Below are positions 11,588-22,026 of a stretch of 64,000 bases of DNA, piece by piece; positions within the stretch are counted from its first letter, which is position 1; each line of letters starts with the position of its first letter. Under the pieces are notes generated by a model. That model was not told the origin of the DNA and searched no databases. It worked only from the letters and a program-made list of their open reading frames with translations. The DNA lies in IMG/VR virus record IMGVR_UViG_3300024999_000029, positions 1-64,000 of that record; one strand, written 5' to 3'. The translations under genes and the position numbers were made by a program.

Positions 11588-12280
11588 TTAAAGCTTTTTA
11601 AATACAAATCCTCTATGCGATTTTTGTATACCAGTATGGACTGCACTAATACCACAATGAGTAAAATTATATTCAGGGTATTTTTCTACTAACCTTATTA
11701 TAATATCTGTATCTATTACCTCGTTATTTTTTATCATTTGAATTATTACATTATTTCTAGAATTTCTTTGATTTTCAGTTTTAGTAACAATTCTTAAATT
11801 CCCTTTTTCATAATTACTATTATTATTTATTCTATCAATATCAAATAATTTAGAATTACTTAAAAGTTTATCATAATTTTTTAAAGAAGAAATATATTCA
11901 ACATAAGATTCAAAACATAATAATTCATTATCAATAGTTATACCTCTTCCTCCATAATCTTTATATGCTCTATTATTTTTATCTAAAATTCTTCTTAACA
12001 TCCCTTCCCATCTTTTATATAGAATATGATATTGTGAAATTTTACCAATACATGCCACTCCAAAAATATATGGATAATAAGGATTTTTAACTATTTTAGT
12101 ACCTATCGCTCCACCATAAGCAATTATTTGTGTCCCATCTTCAAATTCAATTAAATAATGTGATCTATTAATTTTACCGACTATTTTAAAATCTCCGAAA
12201 TTATTTGAACTCCAAACTGTACCATTTTTATATTTTTTACTTTTATTTTCTTTTAATTTTATATCTATTACTTTTTGCAT
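11588..12280 (-). CDS. Free-standing HNH homing endonuclease with NUMOD-like C-terminus
   Basis: YKDYGGRGITI, DIDRINNNSNYEKGNLRIVTKTENQRN, C-terminal SHRGFVFK. Confidence 0.8.
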   Translation of the reverse strand: MQKVIDIKLKENKSKKYKNGTVWSSNNFGDFKIVGKINRSHYLIEFEDGTQIIAYGGAIGTKIVKNPYYPYIFGVACIGKISQYHILYKRWEGMLRRILDKNNRAYKDYGGRGITIDNELLCFESYVEYISSLKNYDKLLSNSKLFDIDRINNNSNYEKGNLRIVTKTENQRNSRNNVIIQMIKNNEVIDTDIIIRLVEKYPEYNFTHCGISAVHTGIQKSHRGFVFKKL

Positions 12281-12284
12281 AATA

Positions 12285-13355
12285 CTATTTTAATCCTTTC
12301 AGATATTCATTGTGTTCTTTTTCGTTGTACAAAGTTTTATATTTTAACAAATAATTAAAAATTTTATTATTTGCATCGGCAGGACTATCTTTATCTTTTA
12401 GTAAATCATACTTATCATAGATGTAATAAATATTTCTTGTTTGATAAAAACGTTCGCACTCAGAACGGATATAATTTAAAGGTATATCTTTGTCGTATGC
12501 AATAATTATTGAAACGTCCAACCCTATTAATATTTTAACTTGTTCATCACTTAGAGAATGTGAACCTATTGCAACTCCCGTTTCGTCTTTTCTGCTATGT
12601 CTTTTTAAGACCGATTTTTCCGCTTCGTACACAATACAGTATTGATTTTCTTGTATTGATTTATAATTTTCTTGTAATCCATAAATATTAATTGATTTAG
12701 AATAAGGTTTTAATGGAAAGTATTTAGGAATATCAAATATAGAATATTCAGGAACAGTCGTTCTACCAATAATGCCTAAATATTCATTTTCTTCTCCGCA
12801 CCAATGCCTAATTGGGATAACTATTCTTTTTTTTTCTGTACTATAACCAATATTAAATTTTTCACAAGTCCAAGGCATAATTCCATCTCTAATCCAGTCT
12901 ATATGGGGTAGCTGAACATAATCTCTCAATATATCATCTGAATATAACTCAATATCATTTACATTAAATAAGTTGTTTCTTGTCTTTACTTTTTTAAATA
13001 TACGTAAAGGATCTATTTCTGTTTTTACACTTTCTTTTTGTTTGATAAATTTATATTCTAAGCCTAATAAATTGTGTATTTGTTTATTAGATTCAGGAAA
13101 TGAGATGTTTAATATATGCATACATAAGGTTAATACATCTCCTCTGATGACAGTATTATTAGGCTGAAATATTTTTACTTTTGTCGTAGTTTTATTAATA
13201 GCTATTGCTGTTTTATTTGAATGTTCTGGTAAACCTGCTCTGTATTCTTTCCCAAATTCTTTAATGTGATGGCAATTTAACGATTCTAATATATGTATAA
13301 TTTCATCATTCTCAATAATATAATCTTTTAATTCGTGTGTAAGCATAAATATCAA
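12285..13355 (-). CDS. Phage DNA primase (TOPRIM)
   Basis: RIVIPIR, GIIGRT, IYGL, IVYEAEKSV, IIAYDKD, KDSPAD; adjacent to the helicase. Confidence 0.8.
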   Translation of the reverse strand: MIFMLTHELKDYIIENDEIIHILESLNCHHIKEFGKEYRAGLPEHSNKTAIAINKTTTKVKIFQPNNTVIRGDVLTLCMHILNISFPESNKQIHNLLGLEYKFIKQKESVKTEIDPLRIFKKVKTRNNLFNVNDIELYSDDILRDYVQLPHIDWIRDGIMPWTCEKFNIGYSTEKKRIVIPIRHWCGEENEYLGIIGRTTVPEYSIFDIPKYFPLKPYSKSINIYGLQENYKSIQENQYCIVYEAEKSVLKRHSRKDETGVAIGSHSLSDEQVKILIGLDVSIIIAYDKDIPLNYIRSECERFYQTRNIYYIYDKYDLLKDKDSPADANNKIFNYLLKYKTLYNEKEHNEYLKGLK

Positions 13356-13364
13356 ACACCTCCT

Positions 13365-14897
13365 TTACCAATCTATAGGAACTACTGTATAACCAACCTC
13401 TTTATAAACATTTCTAGAGAGATCATGTTCCACAACCACTTGAAATACGTTTGTGCTTCCTTCTCTATTTTTAACAATAAATATTATTTGATAATTTTTT
13501 CCCTTTTTTAGTTTGACTGGTATTTCAGATTCTATATTTCCATTTCGTTTTTCTTTTCTATAAACATATAACTCATGTTTGCCATTTTCGTATTCATCAT
13601 CAAATACCTGTCTGACCATTAAACAAGTTGATGCTACGTCTACAATATTTTTAGCCATTCCTATATTATCTTGGCAATAATGTCTTTGTCTTGCACTTCC
13701 TTTTCCTAATTGAAATGTAATCCATATATGAACATTTTTACTTTCTGGTTTTATAACATCGTTGATTTCAACCATATTTTGTTGCATACTAAACCAAAAA
13801 GCCTCGCTGCTAGAAGTTTTAGCATCTGCCTTGTATGTATCAAGCATAAAATACTTGACTCCCATACTTGCGTACTTTTTAATCGTCTTGATAGCTTTAG
13901 AAGTAGTGTATTGACTAAATGGTTTTAAGATAATAGTGTTTTTATGTTGTTTTGCCCATTCAGAACATTTTGTTAATAATTCTTTTACTTCTTTTTTATA
14001 TTTTCCATCTCTGACTATATATTTTTGCAAATCTTCTTTAAATATATTGTTGGCTATCCAAACAAGGTATTCACGCTGCCATTTCTTCTTTCCTTCTTCA
14101 TTAATCATTATTACAATTTTTTCATTGCAATCAACAATACTAGGAAGCTTTAACACCCTGCTTAGTGCTGTTTTACCAACCCCACTCAAACCACCTACGA
14201 GAGTAACGTTTCCTTCTAAACAACCACCAATCTCTTTGTTTAACATTGGTGAATTATATAATGGCATACCCACCGCTATACCACCATCAAGCTCTTCTAT
14301 TAATTCATCTAAACCATCTGTGATATCGTGGGTAACGTCTTCTCCCTCAACATTAATGAAGATGTGATTTAAATTTGCTTCCCATTCTTCGTATATTTCT
14401 TCAACTGTCATATCTGCAAAGTCTTTAATTCTATCATAAACAGGAAATTTTCTTTTTAACATATCTAAAACCACGTTCCATTTATAAAGTTCATTGATAT
14501 AACCATTAATATTTTCAACTTTAACATAAGCTTTTGCATTATCAATAGTCTCATAACCTTTATATTTTTCATATTGTGCTTTCAATTTTAAATGTTTTTC
14601 AAGATATAACCCTATAGTAATTTCATCTAATACTTGTTTTCTTTCTTTAATAATAATGTCGTAACCTATTTGAAAATAAACTTTCCAGCAATTATTATGA
14701 AAACTTTTAATGTTTAATTTATCATATGTATAATACATATCTGGAACAGCCCAACAAATAGCTACAATATTAGCCTCACATGCTAGTTTATATTCCATTA
14801 CTTTTTTTGAAGCTTTTAGTAATTCTTCGTCAAACACTGATAATTGAACCTTTTTATCGTTACTCTTTGCTTTATTTGTTTGTGTGATATGTATCAA
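13365..14897 (-). CDS. DnaB-like (SF4) replicative helicase
   Basis: Walker A GGLSGVGKT, Walker B FMLDTYK, IIFIVKNREG. Confidence 0.85.
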   Translation of the reverse strand: MIHITQTNKAKSNDKKVQLSVFDEELLKASKKVMEYKLACEANIVAICWAVPDMYYTYDKLNIKSFHNNCWKVYFQIGYDIIIKERKQVLDEITIGLYLEKHLKLKAQYEKYKGYETIDNAKAYVKVENINGYINELYKWNVVLDMLKRKFPVYDRIKDFADMTVEEIYEEWEANLNHIFINVEGEDVTHDITDGLDELIEELDGGIAVGMPLYNSPMLNKEIGGCLEGNVTLVGGLSGVGKTALSRVLKLPSIVDCNEKIVIMINEEGKKKWQREYLVWIANNIFKEDLQKYIVRDGKYKKEVKELLTKCSEWAKQHKNTIILKPFSQYTTSKAIKTIKKYASMGVKYFMLDTYKADAKTSSSEAFWFSMQQNMVEINDVIKPESKNVHIWITFQLGKGSARQRHYCQDNIGMAKNIVDVASTCLMVRQVFDDEYENGKHELYVYRKEKRNGNIESEIPVKLKKGKNYQIIFIVKNREGSTNVFQVVVEHDLSRNVYKEVGYTVVPIDW

Positions 14898-14900
14898 CTC

Positions 14901-15455
14901 CTACCATAAATTATTTAGCCTTTCATTTATCCTTTTTCGGTCACGCTTAAATCCAGCATCTTCGTGATAAATATTATCAACTGTGATATTTTCCGCTTTT
15001 TCTTTTGATTGTTTTGCATTTTGAAGTCTAATAACCATATCATTAATGTTCTTCTCCACAATAACCATTGCGTAGTTAAATTTGTGCTGCTCGTCATTGA
15101 ACTTAGTCATATTTGCTTTAAAACCAGATATAATATCCATTTTACACATTTTGAAAGTGTATAATATAGTTTTAAACTCATAACTTGCATTAGGCTTTTG
15201 ATTTCTATTTGCTAAAAATTGTCCCCTTGCTAACCCTTTTAATCGCATTAGCATGTATTGAGGAAGTTTTAGATCTTTTGAATATCCCATAATATCCCTT
15301 TTTAAATATTCATATAGCTCGCACCATTCAGCCCATCTTTTTTCAGCTTCTATATCTGCCAAACGTTTAATTTCTTTTTTTACTTCTCGTTGTTTTTTCG
15401 CTTCTAATTTTTCCTGTTTATCTTTTTCAATTTCTTCTTTACTTCTTCTTTTCAT
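14901..15455 (-). CDS. Hypothetical replication-module protein
   Basis: 184-aa ORF between the AAA ATPase and the helicase. Confidence 0.65.
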   Translation of the reverse strand: MKRRSKEEIEKDKQEKLEAKKQREVKKEIKRLADIEAEKRWAEWCELYEYLKRDIMGYSKDLKLPQYMLMRLKGLARGQFLANRNQKPNASYEFKTILYTFKMCKMDIISGFKANMTKFNDEQHKFNYAMVIVEKNINDMVIRLQNAKQSKEKAENITVDNIYHEDAGFKRDRKRINERLNNLW

Positions 15456-15508
15456 AAGAGATTATCTCCTTTTAGATAATAAAGGGAGGGGATAATTATC
15501 CCCTATTA

Positions 15509-16660
15509 TCAAGCTTTACTATTTACTACTTTTAAAAGTTCTTTTGCATCTTCTAGATTTTCAACTTTTGTTGGGTTGATAAGTCCTAACTTCTTTGTTT
15601 TAGTTAGTAGAGGCTTTAACTTATCAGTATTTGCCTTATTCGCTTTTATAAAACTAGTTAGCTTTATGATAATTTCCTCAACTTCTTTTACTTCAAGCTC
15701 TGCCTTTTTTAAATTAGAATTCTTTTCAATATTTATTTCACTTTCTTTTGCTTGATCTTTTTTTGTCTCTTCTATAGATTTATTTCCTGATTGCTTTTCA
15801 TGTTCTATTTTTATCGCATCTTCAACTGCTTTAATAAATCCATCTGCGTCCAAGGGTATTGTATCAATAATTTCAGAAAATCTTGATTTTGAATCTATAT
15901 TAAAATTATCATCTCTAAAAGTAATTAATCTTGTTTCATTCTCAATACTACCTTTAATTTCATCTTTTTTATCTTTGCCCTTACCAATTTTTTTACCTGT
16001 TTTAGTTTGCGTAATCTGCCTATTAATCGAAGCGACGCCTAATACATGTAATTTTGTTTTCATTGCGTTAAAATATCTATGTGACATATTTGTAGTTAAC
16101 ATATCGTATTCTATTCCCGTAGGAACATCTGTCATTGTCCTCTTTTTTGTATGACCTAGAACAAACATGCTAATACCTATTCTTTTTAATTCCCATATTT
16201 TTTCAAGAATAAGTTCAATAGCTTTATCTTCTCCCGCCATATACCCGCCAAATGCAGCTTTTATAGATTTTACTGGCTTTTCAGGATTCTCCTTATTGTG
16301 AAGCCTAATAACTTCTGGTTCTACTATTGAAAATAATTCGTCAAGAGTATCATAAACAATAACTTTTAAATTCTTGTAATCCGTAAGTCTATTTTCTAGA
16401 ATATCATCTGTAACTTCTTCAAATGTATCCCAGTCTGGGATATTCTCAAACATTGCTCCCGCAATTGCATCTACTCCATCTTCCATACCACAATTGAATA
16501 TCATATATCCTTCTTCTCCCACTAGCTTCTCACATACCTCTTTTGCGAGAGTTGTTTTACCAATACCACTTTCACCTATCAAACCCAAATTATAAGCCAA
16601 TGGATCAATTTTAATTACATTTTTCTTGCCATATTTTCTATCTGTCAATTTAAATACCAC
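15509..16660 (-). CDS. AAA_24/Sak4-like P-loop ATPase
   Basis: GESGIGKTT, VIVYDTLDE, MFVLGHTK. Confidence 0.8.
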   Translation of the reverse strand: MVFKLTDRKYGKKNVIKIDPLAYNLGLIGESGIGKTTLAKEVCEKLVGEEGYMIFNCGMEDGVDAIAGAMFENIPDWDTFEEVTDDILENRLTDYKNLKVIVYDTLDELFSIVEPEVIRLHNKENPEKPVKSIKAAFGGYMAGEDKAIELILEKIWELKRIGISMFVLGHTKKRTMTDVPTGIEYDMLTTNMSHRYFNAMKTKLHVLGVASINRQITQTKTGKKIGKGKDKKDEIKGSIENETRLITFRDDNFNIDSKSRFSEIIDTIPLDADGFIKAVEDAIKIEHEKQSGNKSIEETKKDQAKESEINIEKNSNLKKAELEVKEVEEIIIKLTSFIKANKANTDKLKPLLTKTKKLGLINPTKVENLEDAKELLKVVNSKA

Positions 16661-16718
16661 CTTTCGTAAAATTAGGATTACAAGGAGAGAATATTCTCTC
16701 CTTATTTTATATTTTAGT

Positions 16719-17894
16719 TTATTCTTCGTCTAATGCATCTAACCAACTTGTATCGTCATCGCTATCTGTATCCAAATCAGTTTCTACATCATCATCATCT
16801 TTGTCAGCTTCTATCATAAAATCAAACACTAAATCTTCGTCTTTATATTGATTTTCAACTTTCATAATTATTGGCTTTTTATCATCTTCTTCGCCAACAA
16901 GTTTAATAGAAGGTCTACGAATAACCATTCTCTTTTCTCTGCTACCACCAACTGCAAGCTTATTTACGACATCTTCCATTGTATAAGCACCAATATCAAG
17001 TAACTCTTTAATATCTTCTGGAATATCATCTTCAGTAATATTAACTAAAGTTTGACCTTCGACTATATCACCTTCTAAAGTTATTTCAGTAATATCTTTC
17101 TTTACTTTTAGAATCTTTTCAATGAACTTTTTAGTATTTTCGGGCTTAATTTTATCTACTTCAAGTTCAAATATTTTACTAAATGTAATATTTTGTTTTA
17201 CTTCTTTACCATTGTACTCTTTAACATAATCAACAATTCTTACACTTATAGGATAAACAGCCTTTTCTCTGTCTAGTTTACCAACGCTATCTTTATCTAG
17301 AAGTACGGTTTGAGTAAACATAGCTTTATATTTAGTTACATCTTCTGCTTTTGATAAAAATATGCTCTTAATTTCCTTTTTTGCTTGAGTGATATCATTA
17401 TATGTTGTGTATTTAAACGAACCTTTTGCATTTACGACCATACCATTTTCTAAATGTTCTTTAATATATTCTATAGCATCGTAAGCAGATAAAAATTTCT
17501 TAGCAAAAACTTTATCTTTTGCGTCCTTTTCAATTCCGATAGTTATGAAACATTGATCTCCTATTGTTTCAAGAATATCTTCGTCAAATCTATCTTCCCA
17601 TGCTACTTTAAATTGATTTTCAAAATCATCAACTTGCTTATTTTTATCATTTTCCTTTTTACCATGTACGTAAATTTCATTATCTCTGTGTGCGCCATAT
17701 CCGCCCATCATTTCAGCGTAAACGGTATTTCCACCACCACAATCAACTCCCAAATTTAGTTGATTCCATACCCAATCTGACTTTTTTGATGTTTCATTCA
17801 TTTTAAAGGTAAAATCATTAATCTTTGCTTCACCAATTAAAACAAATAATGACTGACCTTTTTTTAGTGGTTTCTTTTCAACTTGTTTTGCCAT
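16719..17894 (-). CDS. Putative ssDNA-binding protein
   Basis: Heads the replication operon; very acidic C-tail DDDDVETDLDTDSDDDTSWLDALDEE. Confidence 0.55.
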   Translation of the reverse strand: MAKQVEKKPLKKGQSLFVLIGEAKINDFTFKMNETSKKSDWVWNQLNLGVDCGGGNTVYAEMMGGYGAHRDNEIYVHGKKENDKNKQVDDFENQFKVAWEDRFDEDILETIGDQCFITIGIEKDAKDKVFAKKFLSAYDAIEYIKEHLENGMVVNAKGSFKYTTYNDITQAKKEIKSIFLSKAEDVTKYKAMFTQTVLLDKDSVGKLDREKAVYPISVRIVDYVKEYNGKEVKQNITFSKIFELEVDKIKPENTKKFIEKILKVKKDITEITLEGDIVEGQTLVNITEDDIPEDIKELLDIGAYTMEDVVNKLAVGGSREKRMVIRRPSIKLVGEEDDKKPIIMKVENQYKDEDLVFDFMIEADKDDDDVETDLDTDSDDDTSWLDALDEE

Positions 17895-18026
17895 AAGATT
17901 AGTCTCCTTTTATTCTTTAATTTTTATATTTTATATTTAAACCCTTTCGGGATTACTTAAAGTAAATCTATGTAAATTTAAAACTATCTATATCAACCTC
18001 CGCCTCCACTCCAACCTCCACTAAAC

Positions 18027-18503
18027 TTAAAAATCAAATTGCTCATACTCATTTTCTGGCTCTTTTAGAATATCAATCCCCAATATATCTTTAAATCCTT
18101 CAATCCTGTATTCTCTAAGCACAGTATCGCCTTTTAATGGTTGTGCGGAATACTTACATTTAAACAACTTAAACATTGCATCTAATATTTCTCTATACGC
18201 ATAGAATGAAAATTTGTAATCCTTATAATTTTCATCTTTCCTCAAACCAATCATATCGTGCGTTAAATCTCTTATTTCCACATCCATCTTATTGATTAGA
18301 GAAGTATAAAAATCAGGACTGTGATCAAAATTGTAAAGCAAATGTGCATATTCTTTTATCAATCCATGTAATATTTTTATTTGTTTTAGATATACTTCAA
18401 AATGTTTTCTAGTTCTAACCATCCCTAGCTGACTCATTAAACCAAATATTTCAACCCTCAGAAAGAATACCGTTTTGTATTTAAATATAATATCTTGCGT
18501 CAT
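18027..18503 (-). CDS. Hypothetical protein
   Basis: 158-aa ORF with RBS. Confidence 0.6.
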   Translation of the reverse strand: MTQDIIFKYKTVFFLRVEIFGLMSQLGMVRTRKHFEVYLKQIKILHGLIKEYAHLLYNFDHSPDFYTSLINKMDVEIRDLTHDMIGLRKDENYKDYKFSFYAYREILDAMFKLFKCKYSAQPLKGDTVLREYRIEGFKDILGIDILKEPENEYEQFDF

Positions 18504-18521
18504 TATAAGTATCCTTTCGGG

Positions 18522-18752
18522 CTATAATATTGATTCTGCCTCTGCTTCAACTTCTTCTGGCAATAGTTCCTCTTTGACTTCTTCAATTTTATCTACTATA
18601 TATTTAGCGTTTTCATGCTTACCGTCTTTATTAATTTTGGTTACACCCATAAATATTCTAACTGCTGATAATTCATTTAATGCTTCAACCAAAGTTGTTC
18701 TAGTCATTGGATTATACCTAGTTTTTTCTGTGTAAGTGATGTTAAATTTCAT
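18522..18752 (-). CDS. Hypothetical protein
   Basis: RBS AAGGAG. Confidence 0.6.
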   Translation of the reverse strand: MKFNITYTEKTRYNPMTRTTLVEALNELSAVRIFMGVTKINKDGKHENAKYIVDKIEEVKEELLPEEVEAEAESIL

Positions 18753-18803
18753 ATTCTTCTCCTTTAAGTTTTATATTTTTTGTTTCAACATGAAATGAAA
18801 ATT

Positions 18804-19601
18804 TTATTGAAATATTGATTTTTGTAAGCCTACTCCTGCAAGGGTTTCACTTTTCACAATTATTTCTAGTATGCGATTTTGAGCAATTTTATAGTAATTT
18901 TCATCTAATTCAAACCCTATGTAATTTCTGCTTGTATTTAAGGCGGCAATAGCAGTTGTTCCTGAACCTATACAATTATCTAAAACCGTTTCACCTTTGT
19001 TTGTGTAGGTGTTAATTAGCCATTCGCACAACTCTACTGGCTTTTGAGTAGGGTGCAAAGATATTGATGGATGAGGTTTTGAAAACTCTAATATAGATGT
19101 CGGGAATTTCATATCTCCTTTAGTTTCAACACATTTGAAATCTCCATAATTATTATTTTGCAAAACAGCATCATTCATCTTGCCCACAACACTACCTTTT
19201 TTATGACACGGATTACCTTTAATCTTTTGTGGATTATATATTGGTTGTTTTTTATAAAATACCATTATGTCCTCATGTTCCCTTAATGGCTGTTTATTAG
19301 CGTTTAAAAATCCACTTGATAAAACTTTCTTCCATATCAAATTATATCTATGTATTTTTTTGTTTGACAACATTGTCTCTGCAGTAAATTTATCTTGACC
19401 AAATAAAACTATTGCTCCATTATCTTTAATAATCCTTTCATACTGCTCCCATAGTAGTTGATAAGAAATTATTGTATCCCACTTGTTTTTTGTAGTTACT
19501 CCATAAGGTAAGTCACAAAGAATCATATCTATTGATTTATCGTCTATAAGTTTCATACCTTCTAAACAATCTTGTTTATATATCTTGTTTAACTTAATCA
19601 T
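18804..19601 (-). CDS. Orphan beta-class N6A/N4C DNA methyltransferase
   Basis: DCLEGM, ILCDLPYG (motif IV) before HPTQKPVEL and DNCIGSGTT (motif I); no adjacent restriction endonuclease. Confidence 0.9.
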   Translation of the reverse strand: MIKLNKIYKQDCLEGMKLIDDKSIDMILCDLPYGVTTKNKWDTIISYQLLWEQYERIIKDNGAIVLFGQDKFTAETMLSNKKIHRYNLIWKKVLSSGFLNANKQPLREHEDIMVFYKKQPIYNPQKIKGNPCHKKGSVVGKMNDAVLQNNNYGDFKCVETKGDMKFPTSILEFSKPHPSISLHPTQKPVELCEWLINTYTNKGETVLDNCIGSGTTAIAALNTSRNYIGFELDENYYKIAQNRILEIIVKSETLAGVGLQKSIFQ

Positions 19602-19655
19602 TTATGCCTCACTATTTTATATTTTAGTTCATTAAGATAAAACGAGAATTTTGTG

Positions 19656-19796
19656 TTAATCTATAGTAATAAAAGCCATTGCCGACATTAAAAATGCTAC
19701 TCCAATTTCAACTTTATTAGGGTTATACCCAAAAAACAATGCAGTAAATAATCCTAGCCAATATACAATAAAAAATACATTTAAAAATTTTCTCAT
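19656..19796 (-). CDS. Small two-helix membrane protein (46 aa, not in ORF track)
   Basis: AAGGAG RBS; MRKFLNVFFIVYWLGLFTALFFG...VAFLMSAMAFITID; flanked by sites 19636 and 19811. Confidence 0.55.
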   Translation of the reverse strand: MRKFLNVFFIVYWLGLFTALFFGYNPNKVEIGVAFLMSAMAFITID

Positions 19797-20340
19797 TTCT
19801 TTCTCCTTTCTATAAAAATCCGATTTCATTGAGATTTCTAATTTTCAAACCTTACTCCCACAAGGGTTTCAAATTCGGTAGTAATTTTAATTTTCACAAT
19901 TTCATACAAATATGCTACATCTATATTATTTCTATAATCCAATGCGTCTTCATAATTATTATAAAAATATGCTTTATTTATATTTGTTGTTGGACAGCCA
20001 TACTCATTTAGATATTCATTTTCGCCAATATATTTAATAGCATATTTTACTTCTTCTGATTTTTCTTTCATTATTTTCTCCTTCGTTTAGCAGGTTACTT
20101 TTGTAGTATAAGCATTTAGGTCATTTGGCGTTTTATAATAAATGTTGTCTTGGTATGGGAATGTCGGATAATTTGGGTAACTTAGATAAAATGGGTATAT
20201 GACATTTTTATTATCTTCAAATTCCTCTGTTGTCGTTGTTTCTCTTATTAATTTCCCTTCGTTATCATATTCTTTAATGTTGGTTACTTTTTTCATAGCT
20301 TCCTCCTTTTATATTTAATTTAAACGAAAGTCTTATTTTA

Positions 20341-20748
20341 TTAACCGTTTCTACCTGCACCATATCCTGAATCAATATCTGCAAATCCATTATCCACATT
20401 TACAGCATTTATGGCTTCAATTATTCCATCAGAAAAATCACTATAATCAACATCATAATCAGGTTCACCATCTGACTCATCAATATCATCACCATCACCA
20501 AAAAATATAAAATCAGAATCAATATTTTCTTTAACATAATTTTCTGATGGCGTAAGATCCACTCCTGCCCAATCATATTCAAATAATCTACTACTTTTTA
20601 TCTCTGATAAAAGCTCTTCTCCTGTATATGTGTCATATCCATATTTATCTATTATTGGTTGTGCCTTTTCTTTATCTTTGACCCTTGCAAATACAGCTAT
20701 AAAACTACTAGAGCTTGAATTTGTTACAAAATCTGTGCGTATTTTCAT
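20341..20748 (-). CDS. TNSSS-motif protein 4
   Basis: Starts MKIRTDFVTNSSSSSF; ATGA overlap with upstream gene. Confidence 0.8.
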   Translation of the reverse strand: MKIRTDFVTNSSSSSFIAVFARVKDKEKAQPIIDKYGYDTYTGEELLSEIKSSRLFEYDWAGVDLTPSENYVKENIDSDFIFFGDGDDIDESDGEPDYDVDYSDFSDGIIEAINAVNVDNGFADIDSGYGAGRNG

Positions 20749-21203
20749 ATGTTTGTTCTCCTTTTATATTTCATAAATTTATGCCAATTAGTAAATTTAC
20801 TTCTTATTTCATCCATGATTTTATCTTCACTTAAATCAAATTTGTTAAAAACATATTGTATATATTCGCTATCATATAACTTCCTTCTGCGCTTGTTAGC
20901 CTTTTTAACTTCCGCAAACACTTCATCTCTTGTGATTTCTCTGGTTTTTAATAAATAGTCTGCCATTTCGCTTTGAGAATACATTGTAAAATTACAAATT
21001 GGACAACTTTCTTCTGCTATAAAATAACTATCTTCTTCATCATTTTTATAATTTTCCAGCAAATGCTCTTCGCAAAACGAGTGTTCGTTTACACATCTTC
21101 TTAACCACTCTGGAAAATCCCATGTTGTTTCTTCATCTCCGCATATTTCACAAATATAACTCGAACTACTGGAATTTGTAACAAAATCTTTTCTGAATTT
21201 CAT
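20745..21203 (-). CDS. TNSSS-motif protein 3, with Cys/His motifs
   Basis: Starts MKFRKDFVTNSSSSSY, then CEIC, C..EH..C, CPIC. Confidence 0.8.
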   Translation of the reverse strand: MKFRKDFVTNSSSSSYICEICGDEETTWDFPEWLRRCVNEHSFCEEHLLENYKNDEEDSYFIAEESCPICNFTMYSQSEMADYLLKTREITRDEVFAEVKKANKRRRKLYDSEYIQYVFNKFDLSEDKIMDEIRSKFTNWHKFMKYKRRTNI

Positions 21204-21634
21204 TATTCGTCCTCCAAAATTATAAAATTCTCTTTATCTTCGGCAAGTTCATGTATCATATTTGAACAATATGTATCATTATGATCTACGCTTTTCCTTA
21301 AAATTGTAAACCCATCTTCGATATATTTGCTTGCATTATTATATAGTTTTGATAAATACTCATCGTCTTTTATTATTTTTTCAACTGTGTCGCAGTTTCT
21401 CCATCCATAATAATCAATAAAGTACTTATTCCACTCTTCTTTTGTTGAAATTTTTTCTCCTGCTGTTGTATCATTATCTCCCTCTGTAAACAAAACCTTT
21501 TCAATCAATCTTGAATAATTATTCAAAAACGGATATTTTTTAATTGTTTCTTCATCAATTTGTGGTAATTCTTTATACGCAACCACGAAACTACTTGAAC
21601 TACTATTAGTCACGAAATCACTTCTTATTTTCAT
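21203..21634 (-). CDS. TNSSS-motif protein 2
   Basis: Starts MKIRSDFVTNSSSSSF. Confidence 0.8.
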   Translation of the reverse strand: MKIRSDFVTNSSSSSFVVAYKELPQIDEETIKKYPFLNNYSRLIEKVLFTEGDNDTTAGEKISTKEEWNKYFIDYYGWRNCDTVEKIIKDDEYLSKLYNNASKYIEDGFTILRKSVDHNDTYCSNMIHELAEDKENFIILEDE

Positions 21635-21636
21635 AG

Positions 21637-22026
21637 TTACCTCCTCTGATCACAATAACCGAAAGTATATGGTATTTTATATTTATTTTCAAAAACATCT
21701 TCAACTAAAGACCAATTAAATCTACAACAAGTATTATTATCAATTACATAAAATTGTTGTTCTTCTGGAAGATTTGTGTCTCCATAATTATCTTTATTAA
21801 TTTCTTTGCCTGTTTTTACAAACAATGAACAGCCAATATCTTCATTGTTTAATATCCTTGAAATATTAAAATCCTCATCAATCTCTTCTTTGGTAAGCCA
21901 ATCATATGTTTTGTAATAAAAATCTTTAAATGCTCCATTAAATAAATCTTCTAAACTAATATTTTTAGCGGATATAATAAAACTACTTGATGATGAATTA
22001 GTTACAAAATCCTGCCTAATCTTCAT
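21637..22026 (-). CDS. TNSSS-motif protein 1 (true start probably ATG 22026)
   Basis: GAGGAG RBS precedes ATG at 22026, giving MKIRQDFVTNSSSSSF like its paralogues. Confidence 0.8.
   Translation of the reverse strand: MKIRQDFVTNSSSSSFIISAKNISLEDLFNGAFKDFYYKTYDWLTKEEIDEDFNISRILNNEDIGCSLFVKTGKEINKDNYGDTNLPEEQQFYVIDNNTCCRFNWSLVEDVFENKYKIPYTFGYCDQRR

Noticed and set aside
7085-14897. Inteins or introns in DnaE or the helicase
   Set aside because: Motifs are continuous, lengths are normal, and no Cys/Ser...His-Asn splice junction pattern was seen
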